A program made the translations under genes and the position numbers. DNA of 64,000 bases from a virus (Duplodnaviria; Heunggongvirae; Uroviricota; Caudoviricetes), in the IMG/VR virus record IMGVR_UViG_2706794668_000011, one strand, 5' to 3'. Numbering within the stretch: the stretch's first letter is position 1; every line of letters starts with the position of its first letter. Of this stretch, positions 1 to 9,706 are shown piece after piece. The notes beneath the pieces are model-generated. The model searched no databases. It had not been told where the DNA came from and saw only the letters and a program-made list of their open reading frames with translations.

Positions 1-906
1 GTGGATAGCGCACGCGCCCTTATTGCCCGGGGATGGGGAGTAAGCTTAGTCAGCCGTTGTCTCCGGGTGTCGCGTGCGCAGTTGCACGTCATTCTCAGAC
101 GAACCGATGACTGGATGGATGGCCGCCGCAGTCGTCACACTGATGATACGGATGTGCTTCTCCGTATACACCATGTTATCGGAGAGCTGCCCACGTATGG
201 TTATCGTCGGGTATGGGCGCTGCTTCGCAGACAGGCAGAACTTGATGGTATGCCTGCGATCAATGCCAAACGTGTTTACCGGATCATGCGCCAGAATGCG
301 CTGTTGCTTGAGCGAAAACCTGCTGTACCGCCATCGAAACGGGCACATACAGGCAGAGTGGCCGTGAAAGAAAGCAATCAGCGATGGTGCTCTGACGGGT
401 TCGAGTTCTGCTGTGATAACGGAGAGAGACTGCGTGTCACGTTCGCGCTGGACTGCTGTGATCGTGAGGCACTGCACTGGGCGGTGACTACCGGCGGCTT
501 CAACAGTGAAACAGTACAGGACGTCATGCTGGGAGCGGTGGAACGCCGCTTCGGCAACGATCTTCCGTCGTCTCCAGTGGAGTGGCTGACGGATAATGGT
601 TCATGCTACCGGGCTAATGAAACACGCCAGTTCGCCCGGATGTTGGGACTTGAACCGAAGAACACGGCGGTGCGGAGTCCGGAGAGTAACGGAATAGCAG
701 AGAGCTTCGTGAAAACGATAAAGCGTGACTACATCAGTATCATGCCCAAACCAGACGGGTTAACGGCAGCAAAGAACCTTGCAGAGGCGTTCGAGCATTA
801 TAACGAATGGCATCCGCATAGTGCGCTGGGTTATCGCTCGCCACGGGAATATCTGCGGCAGCGGGCTTGTAATGGGTTAAGTGATAACAGATGTCTGGAA
901 ATATAG
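1..906 (+). CDS. insD: IS2 transposase OrfB (InsD), GTG start at window edge
   Basis: 301-aa ORF from track; sequence recognised as IS2 InsD (IS3-family DDE transposase). Confidence 0.9.
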
Positions 907-917
907 GGGCAAATCCA
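1..917 (+). mobile_element. IS2 insertion sequence, right-hand ~0.9 kb (left end and orfA lie upstream of the window)
   Basis: Complete InsD-type ORF at 1-906 followed by terminal sequence ggggcaaatcca ending at 917, recognised from memory as the IS2 right end; DNA downstream is phage-type. Confidence 0.85.
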
Positions 918-1498
918 ATACATCCATTAACAAAGCCATTCCAACAATGCCTGACGTCGGTATCGATGCGCAGGAGTTAAAGGATATCGGCTTTCGTCTC
1001 GTGCTTAGTGGGCATTACCACAACCACAAAGAGGTCATTCCTGGAGTTATCAGTGTCGGTGCACTGACCCATCAAAATTGGGGAGATGTTGGATCTCTGG
1101 CTGGTTACATGATCGTAAACCCGGACGGCAGTTTCAGTCACTACGAAACCAGTGCGCCTAAATTCATTAACCTGGAAGATGATGTTGCTGATGACCAAAT
1201 TCGCGGCAACTACGTGCGTTTCCGCGCCGTAATTGAGAACGATGAAGAAGGCATTAAGTACCAGAACATCCTCAAAACAATGGGCGCAAAAGGTGTCGTG
1301 TGCAACTTCATCCGTAAGTCATCAATGATGGAAGGGACAGCCAGCACAACTGAAACCAGCAAAATCGATAGCCTGGGAGAGTCGGTATCTGCTTATTGCA
1401 AGATTGTCCACGATACTGACGGCGGATTTGATCTGAGCAAGTTGGATATTTTGTGTCAGGAAATCCTCACCGAAGCGGAGAGTTCGGAGGCTGTGTGA
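918..1498 (+). pseudogene. 3' remnant of an SbcD/Mre11-like nuclease gene; 5' part displaced by the IS2 insertion
   Basis: Frame open from inside IS2 to stop at 1498; GHxH phosphoesterase motif (LSGHYHNH) typical of the C-terminal half of Mre11/SbcD; N-terminal metallophosphatase motifs absent; immediately upstream of the SbcC-like gene. Confidence 0.55.
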
Positions 1499-1727
1499 GA
1501 CAAAGTCGTTATGGGAGCTTTCGAGACTTTGCCATCACGATGAAAAGACTTGAACGAGGCCAGACGGTGATGTTTCACAAGCCCTACCCGCCACAAGGAA
1601 ATCCCGTAGCGTTTTATCTTGGAAGGTTAACCAGAAAAGGCGTATTGAGGCGCAGATCCTTCCCGGCGCATACGGAGTTCAGATTGAAAGAAGGTCAAAA
1701 GCTAACACACGGTATCAAAGGTGTTAT

Positions 1728-3644
1728 ATGAAGTTTTTAAAGCTCCAGGTTGAGAATTTTATGGCTATCGCCAGCGCGGAGGTCGAGTTAGATCAGCGTG
1801 GTTTAGTGCTCATTCAGGGTGTTAATAGTGATGATAGTTCCGCATCAAGTAATGGCTCTGGAAAGTCAACGCTAATGAATAGCCTGATGTGGTGTCTTTA
1901 TGGCGAAACAGCTCATGGTGTGAAGGGTGACGATGTGTTGTCTACCGACCATGAAAAGAACTGTCGTGTTGCAGTAACCATCGAGGATGAAGGCAAGAGA
2001 TATGCGATCATTCGTCACCGTAAACACAAAGAGTTCAAAAATCGGCTTATCGTTCGTGGTGAAGACGGCGATATGACGAAAGGCAAAGATGCGCTGACGC
2101 AAGAGTTCGTCGAGCGTCTGATCGGTGCATCTAAAGAGGTTTTCATGGCTTCCATCTATGCGAGCCAAGAAGCTATGCCAGATTTACCTGGAATGTCCGA
2201 CAAAAACCTCAAAACCATCGTAGAAGAAGCCGCTGGCGTTGACAGACTGACACGCGCCTACGCTATTGCTCGTGAGCGAGCTAATGCAGCTGCCGCACGT
2301 ATGGATGTGGTTAAAACCAAATTGGAGTCGACAATCTCGACCATTGAGGCAACACAGTCAGAAATTGAGTCCGCGAAAGCCTCCTCTGAATCATGGGAAC
2401 AAGAGCGTTCTAAACGTTATGACGATGCCCTGGCTGGGCTGGCAAGTGCCGAAGTTGAGTTAACGGAAGTTGAACTTGAGATCCGCACTCTTCCCGAACA
2501 GATCCGTGATACCGAGAAGGCAATCGAAAGTGAGCGCAAAAAGTTAGCCTCAAAAGAAGAACATGACGCCAAGTTGCTCAAAGTTCGTGGTGCGATAACT
2601 GATATTCGGGCAAGCATCAAAGCTACAGAAAATAGTCAGGCTGATGCAATGAACCGCGCGCGTAATTTTAAGACCAAAGCAGAAGAGGTTGGTACTAAAG
2701 TGGGATCACCATGCCCTACTTGTGGCAAAGCCTACTGCGAAGAAGATCTATCAACGGTGAAGGAGAATTTCATTGAACAAGCACGTCAGGAAATTGGTCA
2801 GGCGAAGACACTTGCAGAGGCAATGGCTAAACACAAAACGAATCTTGAGAAAGCGTTAAGCATTGAGTCTGCCCTTGTTAAAACGACACCTGATGTAACG
2901 GCTATCATTGCCCGGATTGAAGAGCTTACGAAACAACTCTCATCTTTGCGTCATCGTGAGAAGGAGATTGTTGCTATTGAGTCTCTTGTGACTCGTGCTC
3001 GTACTGAGGTCGATCGTATATCAAAAGAGATTAATCCGTTTATTGCTCTTATCGCCAGACACGAAGATAACCTGGTATCCAGTAAGTCTACCTTCAAGTC
3101 CTTAAAAGATGAGTTGAAGGCTATTCAGGAACAAACGTTGCTATTGGAAAAAGCTCGTCAGGTCTACTCTCCTGCCGGGGTGCGTTCTCATATTTTGACG
3201 TCTGTTACGCCTTTCCTGAATACACGCACTGCCGAGTATCTCAATACGTTGTCTGACGGGAATATTACTGCTGAGTGGTCGACGATGGATGTCACCAAAA
3301 AAGGTGAGTATCGCGACAAATTCAACATTAGTGTGCAGAAGAAAGGTTCAAGTAAGTCGTTCCAGACCCTCTCTGGTGGTGAGAAGCGGAAGGTTCGCAT
3401 TGCGTGTTCTTTGGCATTGCAGGATCTGGTTAGTAACCGGGCGAGTAAAAACATCGATTTGTTTATCGGCGACGAAATTGACGATGCACTCGATACAGCC
3501 GGTCTTGAACGCCTCATGGGTATTCTGGAGTCCAAAGCTCGCGAGCGAGGTACTGTGCTGATTATCTCCCATAAAGAGATGAAGTCATGGTTCCGGGAAA
3601 CTATTACGCTGGAAGTTAAAGAGGGGCGCAGCTATGTCGTTTAA
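1728..3644 (+). CDS. SbcC/Rad50-like recombination ATPase
   Basis: 638 aa; Walker A GSGKST near N-terminus, long coiled-coil middle, CxxC hook-like motif (CPTCGKAYC), ABC signature LSGGEKRK and Walker B LFIGDEIDD at C-terminus. Confidence 0.8.
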   Translation: MKFLKLQVENFMAIASAEVELDQRGLVLIQGVNSDDSSASSNGSGKSTLMNSLMWCLYGETAHGVKGDDVLSTDHEKNCRVAVTIEDEGKRYAIIRHRKHKEFKNRLIVRGEDGDMTKGKDALTQEFVERLIGASKEVFMASIYASQEAMPDLPGMSDKNLKTIVEEAAGVDRLTRAYAIARERANAAAARMDVVKTKLESTISTIEATQSEIESAKASSESWEQERSKRYDDALAGLASAEVELTEVELEIRTLPEQIRDTEKAIESERKKLASKEEHDAKLLKVRGAITDIRASIKATENSQADAMNRARNFKTKAEEVGTKVGSPCPTCGKAYCEEDLSTVKENFIEQARQEIGQAKTLAEAMAKHKTNLEKALSIESALVKTTPDVTAIIARIEELTKQLSSLRHREKEIVAIESLVTRARTEVDRISKEINPFIALIARHEDNLVSSKSTFKSLKDELKAIQEQTLLLEKARQVYSPAGVRSHILTSVTPFLNTRTAEYLNTLSDGNITAEWSTMDVTKKGEYRDKFNISVQKKGSSKSFQTLSGGEKRKVRIACSLALQDLVSNRASKNIDLFIGDEIDDALDTAGLERLMGILESKARERGTVLIISHKEMKSWFRETITLEVKEGRSYVV

Positions 3645-4377
3645 ATTAAGCCGCTCGCAGTTTTTGCAGGTATTTGCAGTGATGCAGTCGATAAAACTGA
3701 TCAATGGGCATACTTCCAATGGTGCGGCTCCACGTATTCTGTGGGGCAGCAACAATATTGACGGAGTACAATTTGCCGCGTTGCTTGGTCTAATATCCGA
3801 GACGCCATTGATGCAAAGTTTGAAATCACTACCACCTGGATGTATTGCGCCGATCCTGATTAATCCTTTTGTTGAGGGGGGATATCTTCCCAACGTCGGG
3901 CCTGGGTTTATTGCATCCCATGAAAATGAAGATCTTAACATTAATAGCGAAGGGTTCTTTGGGGGAATGGGTGCGCATCACTGTATGGCTTTCACCAACC
4001 TTATTCGACTTGCCAATAAGCGGGTGGATAGTTTGGCATCGCCAGGTGATGCTTTTACTGGTTTCCTTATCCAAAGGAGGGATAAAAAGTACAGTGCGGA
4101 CAAACTACAGTTTGTTGGTAAGTATGGAGAAATGGTAGAAATCGAACTTCAGCTCCCGCATGTTTTAGCAAACGATAGTGCAGACAGTCGGAGGCTGTTG
4201 GGCATCATGCGTCATTTCATAGCAAGTGGCGTTAAACATGCCGTAGATAAACGTGTCACGCAGGAAAATGAGTATTCAGACTTTGCAAACTCTCCCCAAC
4301 CAACGTTGCAAACGGCAATAGTAACCAATTCGTTGGAGGCGAGATTATTGGAAAACCCTATATGGGGAACATGGTAA
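3634..4377 (+). CDS. hypothetical protein
   Basis: 247-aa ORF, RBS gagggg 7 nt upstream, start overlaps stop of upstream gene. Confidence 0.5.
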   Translation: MSFKLSRSQFLQVFAVMQSIKLINGHTSNGAAPRILWGSNNIDGVQFAALLGLISETPLMQSLKSLPPGCIAPILINPFVEGGYLPNVGPGFIASHENEDLNINSEGFFGGMGAHHCMAFTNLIRLANKRVDSLASPGDAFTGFLIQRRDKKYSADKLQFVGKYGEMVEIELQLPHVLANDSADSRRLLGIMRHFIASGVKHAVDKRVTQENEYSDFANSPQPTLQTAIVTNSLEARLLENPIWGTW

Positions 4378-4386
4378 GGAGACTAT

Positions 4387-4956
4387 ATGAGTAAAAAAAT
4401 CAGCGTAGTTGGTGTTGATCCCTCAATGAGCAACTTTGGGCTTGCTGTGGGCACTTTAGACCTTGAAACGGACGAACTTGAGATTCACGACCTTACTCTT
4501 GTTGAGACTAAAGCGGGGAGTAACAAAAAGACCGTTCGTGTGAACAGTGACGATCTGCGCCGAGCCAGTGAAATATGGCGTGTTGCGAAGCCAATCATTG
4601 ATAAGGCAAATATGGTTTTTTGTGAGCTACCGGTTGGGAGCCAAAACTCTCGTTCGCAGACGTCTTACGGTATTTGTATCGGTGTACTTGCGTGTGTGGA
4701 TAAGCCATTGATCCAGGTTACTCCAAACGAAATCAAGCATTTTGTCGGCAATAAACTTACTACATCGAAAGAAGAGATTATCCAGTGGGCTACGAAAAAA
4801 CACTCTAAAGCACCGTGGCTGCGTCGTAAGCAATCTGGACAGGATGTTCTCGTGAACAAAAACGAACATTTGGCTGATGCGGTGGCTGCCATCCATACCG
4901 GTATGCAAACAGATCAGTTCCGCCAGGTGCGCGATGTTCTTAAGTCTCTCATTTGA
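4387..4956 (+). CDS. putative RuvC-fold Holliday-junction resolvase
   Basis: 189 aa; strong RBS aaggag; N-terminal VGVDPS acidic motif and central LADAVAAI motif resemble RuvC/YqgF-family nucleases. Confidence 0.45.
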   Translation: MSKKISVVGVDPSMSNFGLAVGTLDLETDELEIHDLTLVETKAGSNKKTVRVNSDDLRRASEIWRVAKPIIDKANMVFCELPVGSQNSRSQTSYGICIGVLACVDKPLIQVTPNEIKHFVGNKLTTSKEEIIQWATKKHSKAPWLRRKQSGQDVLVNKNEHLADAVAAIHTGMQTDQFRQVRDVLKSLI

Positions 4957-4963
4957 TTTCATT

Positions 4964-4988
4964 GATAGGTAAGTGCTTATCTATTAAC
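4964..4988. promoter_or_regulatory. motif B copy (gataggtaagtgcttatctattaac)
   Basis: Member of the recurring TAGGTAAGT dyad family; begins 8 nt after the upstream stop codon. Confidence 0.5.
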
Positions 4989-4990
4989 AT

Positions 4991-5021
4991 GGGCCACTAT
5001 ATTTAGTGGCCCTCTTTATTT
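4991..5021 (+). terminator. rho-independent terminator-like hairpin abutting the nrdA start
   Basis: gggccacta/tagtggccc stem followed by tctttattt; ends 8 nt before nrdA ATG. Confidence 0.6.
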
Positions 5022-5029
5022 GGTGATAC

Positions 5030-7345
5030 ATGATAAGCATCGTAAAACGTAACGGCCAAACAGAGCCGTTATCCGAAGAAAAATACAACCGCGTCGTAAT
5101 GTATGGCGTAGAAGGCATTCGTGGTGTAAGCGCATCCGCTGTAGCAATGGGAGCTGCGGCCAGCATTTTTGATGGGATGACCACCAGCCAGTTGCATGAG
5201 GCTTTGGTTAAATCTGCCGCTGATTTGATCTCACCAGAAGCACCAAATTACTCACAGGTGGCTGCCCGCCTGAACATTTTTAAAATCCGCAAAGATGCCT
5301 TCGGTCGTTACGACTATCCGAACTTCTACCAACACATTGTCAAGAACGTTAACAAGGGCGTTTATGACAAGGATTTGCTGACACATTATTCGTTTGAAGA
5401 GATCGAAGAACTCGGTAATTACATTAAGCCGAAACGTGACGATCTTTTTGGCTATGCAGCTACGGTGCAGTTGCAAAGCAAATACCTCGTTCAAAACCGT
5501 GTTACTGGTGAGATTCATGAGGGGCCGCAACATATCTATATGCTGGTAGGCATGTGTCTGTTCCAGAATTGGGAAGACGACTGCGCTGGCAAAACACGTA
5601 TGGAGATGGTCAAAGGTTTCTATGACGTTACAAGTACGTTCAAACTGTCTCTGCCCACACCAATCATGGCCGGCGTCCGTACTCCAACCCGTCAGTTCTC
5701 CAGTTGTGTGCTGATTGAGTCTGGCGATAGTCTGAAAGGGATTAGTGCAGCTTCAGCCGCAATTATCGACTACGTTTCACGTCGTGCTGGAATTGGTATT
5801 GGTTTTGGCCGTATCCGTGCGCTGGGCAGCGAGATCCGCAATGGTGAAGCCACCCATACCGGAGTTATTCCATTCCTGAAGCATTTCCAGACGGCTGTTA
5901 AATCTTGTTCGCAAGGTGGTGTTCGTGGTGGCGCAGCAACAGCGTTTTACCCGATCTGGCATCTTGAAGTTGAAAGTCTGCTGGTGGTGAAAAATAACCG
6001 TGGTATTGATGAAAACCGCGTTCGCCATCTTGATTACGGCGTCATGAGTAACCGTCTAATGTACCGTCGACTCGTCAGAAGCGAGAACATCACTCTGTTC
6101 AGCCCGCATGATGTGCCTGATATGTACGAAGCCTTCTTCACAGACCAGGAGCTGTTTGAAAAGCTGTACCATAAATACGAAGCCGATGATTCAATTCGCA
6201 AGAAGTCAGTACCTGCCATTGAGCTGTTCTCATCTCTGATGCAGGAACGAGCGTCCACGGGCCGAATTTATATTGCGAACGTCGATCATATTAATGAGCA
6301 TGGCGCTTTCATTCCTGCTCTTGCACCTGTCCGCCAGTCAAACCTGTGTATGGAGATCACCCTACCTACCCGTCCACTGGCATTTACCGACGACCCGAAC
6401 GGTGAGATCGCGCTATGCACTTTATCCGCTTTTAACCTCGGAGCCATCCGTTCACTGGAGTCTCTTAAAGAGGTGGCGTTCTATGCCGTTGCTGCACTGG
6501 ATTCGTTACTGGATTATCAAGACTATCCGATGGAGGCAGCCGAAGTGCCTGCCAAAGCTCGTCGTAGCCTGGGGATCGGTGTAACCAACTTTGCTTATTA
6601 CCTGGCAAAGAATGGCATTCGTTATTCTGATACCGCTGGTAATAAACTGGTGCATGAAACGTTCGAAGCTATCCAGTATTACCTTCTTGATGCCAGCTGC
6701 CAACTTGCTGAAGCAAAAGGTGAGTGTGACTGGTTTGAGCAGACCAAGTACGCAATTGGTCAGTTGCCGATCGACCATTACCGTTCTTCATTAGACGAAA
6801 GTGGCGAAACCAACTTTGAGTTAAAGATGCCGTGGGAAGAACTGCGTGAACGTATTGCAAAATACGGTCTTCGCAACTCCACACTGACGGCACAAATGCC
6901 ATGCGAGACTTCCAGCCAGATCACTAATTCCACAAACGGCATCGAACCGCCTCGTGGACCGGTGTCGGTGAAATCTTCTAAGGACGGCATCGTTAAGATG
7001 GTCGTGCCTGAGATTGAAAAACTGAAGGAACAGTATGAATACCTGTGGGATATGCCGGACAACCGCGGCTATCTGACAAAGGTGGCGATCATCCAGAAGT
7101 TCTTTGACCAGGCTATTTCGGCCAATACCAACTATGACCCTTCTCGCTTTGAAGGCGATAAAGTCCCAATGATGACGCTACTGTCAGATTTGCTTCTCGC
7201 CTACAAGATGGGAGTTAAAACGCTTTACTACCACAACACCAGAGATGGGGCAGGAAAGCGTGATGACGACGAACCGCAGAATCCACTGACGCAAGCTGTA
7301 GCCGTCGAGCCAGAAGATGAGTGCGACGGAGCCTGCAAAATCTGA
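5030..7345 (+). CDS. nrdA: ribonucleoside-diphosphate reductase large subunit (class Ia)
   Basis: 771 aa; collinear with E. coli NrdA as remembered, including active-site region SCVLIE and C-terminal CxxxxC tail (CDGACKI). Confidence 0.95.
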   Translation: MISIVKRNGQTEPLSEEKYNRVVMYGVEGIRGVSASAVAMGAAASIFDGMTTSQLHEALVKSAADLISPEAPNYSQVAARLNIFKIRKDAFGRYDYPNFYQHIVKNVNKGVYDKDLLTHYSFEEIEELGNYIKPKRDDLFGYAATVQLQSKYLVQNRVTGEIHEGPQHIYMLVGMCLFQNWEDDCAGKTRMEMVKGFYDVTSTFKLSLPTPIMAGVRTPTRQFSSCVLIESGDSLKGISAASAAIIDYVSRRAGIGIGFGRIRALGSEIRNGEATHTGVIPFLKHFQTAVKSCSQGGVRGGAATAFYPIWHLEVESLLVVKNNRGIDENRVRHLDYGVMSNRLMYRRLVRSENITLFSPHDVPDMYEAFFTDQELFEKLYHKYEADDSIRKKSVPAIELFSSLMQERASTGRIYIANVDHINEHGAFIPALAPVRQSNLCMEITLPTRPLAFTDDPNGEIALCTLSAFNLGAIRSLESLKEVAFYAVAALDSLLDYQDYPMEAAEVPAKARRSLGIGVTNFAYYLAKNGIRYSDTAGNKLVHETFEAIQYYLLDASCQLAEAKGECDWFEQTKYAIGQLPIDHYRSSLDESGETNFELKMPWEELRERIAKYGLRNSTLTAQMPCETSSQITNSTNGIEPPRGPVSVKSSKDGIVKMVVPEIEKLKEQYEYLWDMPDNRGYLTKVAIIQKFFDQAISANTNYDPSRFEGDKVPMMTLLSDLLLAYKMGVKTLYYHNTRDGAGKRDDDEPQNPLTQAVAVEPEDECDGACKI

Positions 7346-7404
7346 CATATGGTGGGGTGTATCCCCACCTTCTCTTTGATTTGTAAGCCTTGTTTAAACA
7401 AATA

Positions 7405-7424
7405 GGATAACAACTTGTTTAAAC
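7405..7424. promoter_or_regulatory. motif A copy (ggataacaacttgtttaaac) upstream of nrdB
   Basis: AACAA-N-TTGTT dyad 27 nt upstream of nrdB ATG; adjacent palindrome ttgtttaaacaa at 7391-7402. Confidence 0.55.
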
Positions 7425-7450
7425 ACATCAAAAAGCAAAAGGAAAAACAC

Positions 7451-8592
7451 ATGTCATATTCAACGTTCCGTTTGGGTGCTAATGATGCAACCAAAGAGCC
7501 TATGTTCCTCGGACAATNNNNNNNNNNNNNNNNNNNNNNNNNNNNNNNNNNNNNNNNNNNNNNNNNNNNNNNNNNNNNNNNNNNNNNNNNNNNNNNNNNN
7601 NNNNNNNNNNNNNNNNNNNNNNNNNNNNNNNNNNNNNNNNNNNNNNNNNNNNNNNNNNNNNNNNNNNNNNNNNNNNNNNNNNNNNNNNNNNNNNNNNNNN
7701 NNNNNNNNNNNNNNNNNNNNNNNNNNNNNNNNNNNNNNNNNNNNNNNNNNNNNNNNNNNNNNNNNNNNNNNCGTGGGTTGAAACATGGTCTTTCTCTGAG
7801 ACTATCCATAGCCGCAGCTACACCCACATTATTCGTGGCATGGTGGACGATCCGAGCATTGTTTTTGACGGTATTGTTACGGATGAAGAAATCATCAACC
7901 GAGCGATCAGTATCTCTGCTGAATATGACAGGCTTTATGGGATGACCTGCGAGCGCCAGTCGTTAGGCGAGAAGGAATTTGAGCGTCTGTACGTAAATGA
8001 ATATGGCTGGGAGCCATATCCTTTGCACCGTCAGCTTTTCCGCACGTTGGTGTCCATTAATGCGCTTGAGGCGATCCGTTTCTATGTAAGTTTTGCATGT
8101 ACGTTTGCCTTTGGCGAACGGAAGTTGCTTGAGGGTAACACCAAAATTATGCGCTTTATTGCCCGTGATGAAGCTCTGCATTGCGAAGGAACTGAACGCA
8201 TGATCCGCTTCATGCGTACCGGTCGCGAAGGTTTATTGTGGAAAGAGATTGCTGCTGATGAAGAAAACGTCATTTACGACACCATGAAATCAGTCGCCGA
8301 ACAAGAAATGAACTGGGCCGAGTATCTCTTCAAAGACGGTTCGATGATTGGTTTAAACGCGGATATTTTGAAGACCTATGTAAAATACCGCACCAATCTG
8401 GCTATGAATCGTCTTGGCCTGAAGGCTTTATTTCCAGAGGTTACCACCGATCCGCTGGTCTGGATGAACAAGTGGTTGTTAACCGACACACTGCAAATTG
8501 CACCACAAGAGGCAGAGCAAAGCACATATCTGGTAGGTCAGATCGATTCTACCGTGGACAAGGCTTCTCTAAGCCAGTTTGCAGACCTGTGA
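7451..8592 (+). CDS. nrdB: ribonucleoside-diphosphate reductase small subunit, interrupted by an assembly gap
   Basis: N-terminus MSYSTFRLGANDATKEPMFLGQ and post-gap region VETWSFSETIHSRSYTHII match E. coli NrdB as remembered; the two parts are out of frame across the N run, so the gap size is only approximate. Confidence 0.85.
7518..7771. other. assembly gap (254 N)
   Basis: run of N in the sequence. Confidence 0.99.
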
Positions 8593-8669
8593 ACCGATAC
8601 AAAGCATTATGTAACCTGGCAACGCTGGGCCACAATGGATCACAAGAATTAAGAAGGAACAAAACTAGC

Positions 8670-9539
8670 ATGAACTTTACCAAACTGACTGACCACCTGA
8701 AACTTGCCACCGATCGTCTCATTGGATTTAAGCCAGAACCATATGAGTTGCATGAAGGTCATGGTGTAGCTACTGAAAGTATTTACAAGATGGTCGATCA
8801 GTTTCATGAACTCTTCCAGCATCCGAGACGCGTTATGCCGACACCAGAGCTGCTTCGTCTCCGTGCAAGCCTGATTCATGAAGAAGCTGTAGTGGAAGGT
8901 ATTCCAGCTGCAATGAATGGGGATATTGAGCAACTGCTGGATGCAATGGCCGACTTTTTATACGTTGGTGTTGGTACGATGGTCGCCATCAAAGGTGGTA
9001 TTTCTACCGGCATGACCTATTACACGCAGGAACAGAGCATTGATCGCTTTATGCAGACAATTTTTGTGCCCGGTAACACTGTTTTCGATGATATGGCAAT
9101 GCCATTTCAGGAAGCTCGTGAGGCGTCATGTATGCTCGAAGAGCTGGCAGATAAACTTGAGAACAAGACTGTTAAGGATTCTGAGCTGATTCAGGAACTG
9201 CGCCGTGTCATGAACAAAATCTATGTGGCGTGCATGATGACCTATCGACTGGCTGATTTCCTCGGTATCAATGTAGTCGAGCTGGTTGGCGAAATTCATC
9301 GGTCTAACATGACAAAATTATGGCCTGCTGATGTAGAGGAACGTCGCCAGGCTGTGGCCAACTGCAAATACGACTCTTCAGACCTGGGATTTCGCCATGC
9401 TGATGGCACCGATAAGATGATCGGTTTTCGAATTTCCGATGGAAAGATTCTGAAGTCTCCAACCTATAGTGATGTCGATTTATCCTCCTTTGTTGAGCAA
9501 GCTAAAGCCTCAGCAATGTACGGAATGATCAAAAAATAA
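8670..9539 (+). CDS. putative all-alpha nucleotide pyrophosphohydrolase (MazG/dimeric-dUTPase-like)
   Basis: 290 aa from first ATG after nrdB with RBS aaggaa; acidic motif HEEAVVEG...DIEQLLDAMAD and later EIHRSNMTK resemble MazG-family metal-binding helices. Confidence 0.4.
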   Translation: MNFTKLTDHLKLATDRLIGFKPEPYELHEGHGVATESIYKMVDQFHELFQHPRRVMPTPELLRLRASLIHEEAVVEGIPAAMNGDIEQLLDAMADFLYVGVGTMVAIKGGISTGMTYYTQEQSIDRFMQTIFVPGNTVFDDMAMPFQEAREASCMLEELADKLENKTVKDSELIQELRRVMNKIYVACMMTYRLADFLGINVVELVGEIHRSNMTKLWPADVEERRQAVANCKYDSSDLGFRHADGTDKMIGFRISDGKILKSPTYSDVDLSSFVEQAKASAMYGMIKK

Positions 9540-9541
9540 TT

Positions 9542-9562
9542 GTAGGTGATTATCTACTAATG
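9542..9562. promoter_or_regulatory. motif B copy (gtaggtgattatctactaatg)
   Basis: Starts 3 nt after the upstream stop codon. Confidence 0.4.
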
Positions 9563-9606
9563 TATATTTGATTTGCGTATAAAACTCTGGAACGACTATT
9601 CTTTTT

Positions 9607-9630
9607 GGTGGCCTATGGCCACCATTTTTT
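9607..9630 (+). terminator. rho-independent terminator
   Basis: ggtggcc/ggccacc stem followed by atttttt. Confidence 0.8.
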
Positions 9631-9706
9631 ATCTATCTGGTCTTGTTTTATCAATGAATGTAAACTCACGTGATAAATAATTGATTACTTATCTTCGTGA
9701 GGTTTT

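Noticed and set aside
1453-1731. 92-aa ORF overlapping the 3' end of the SbcD-like remnant, and similar short overlapping ORFs throughout the track
   Set aside because: They are out-of-frame overlaps with better-supported genes and lack RBSs.
7228-7827. ORFs spanning the N run (for example 7228-7827 minus)
   Set aside because: They are artefacts of translating through the assembly gap.
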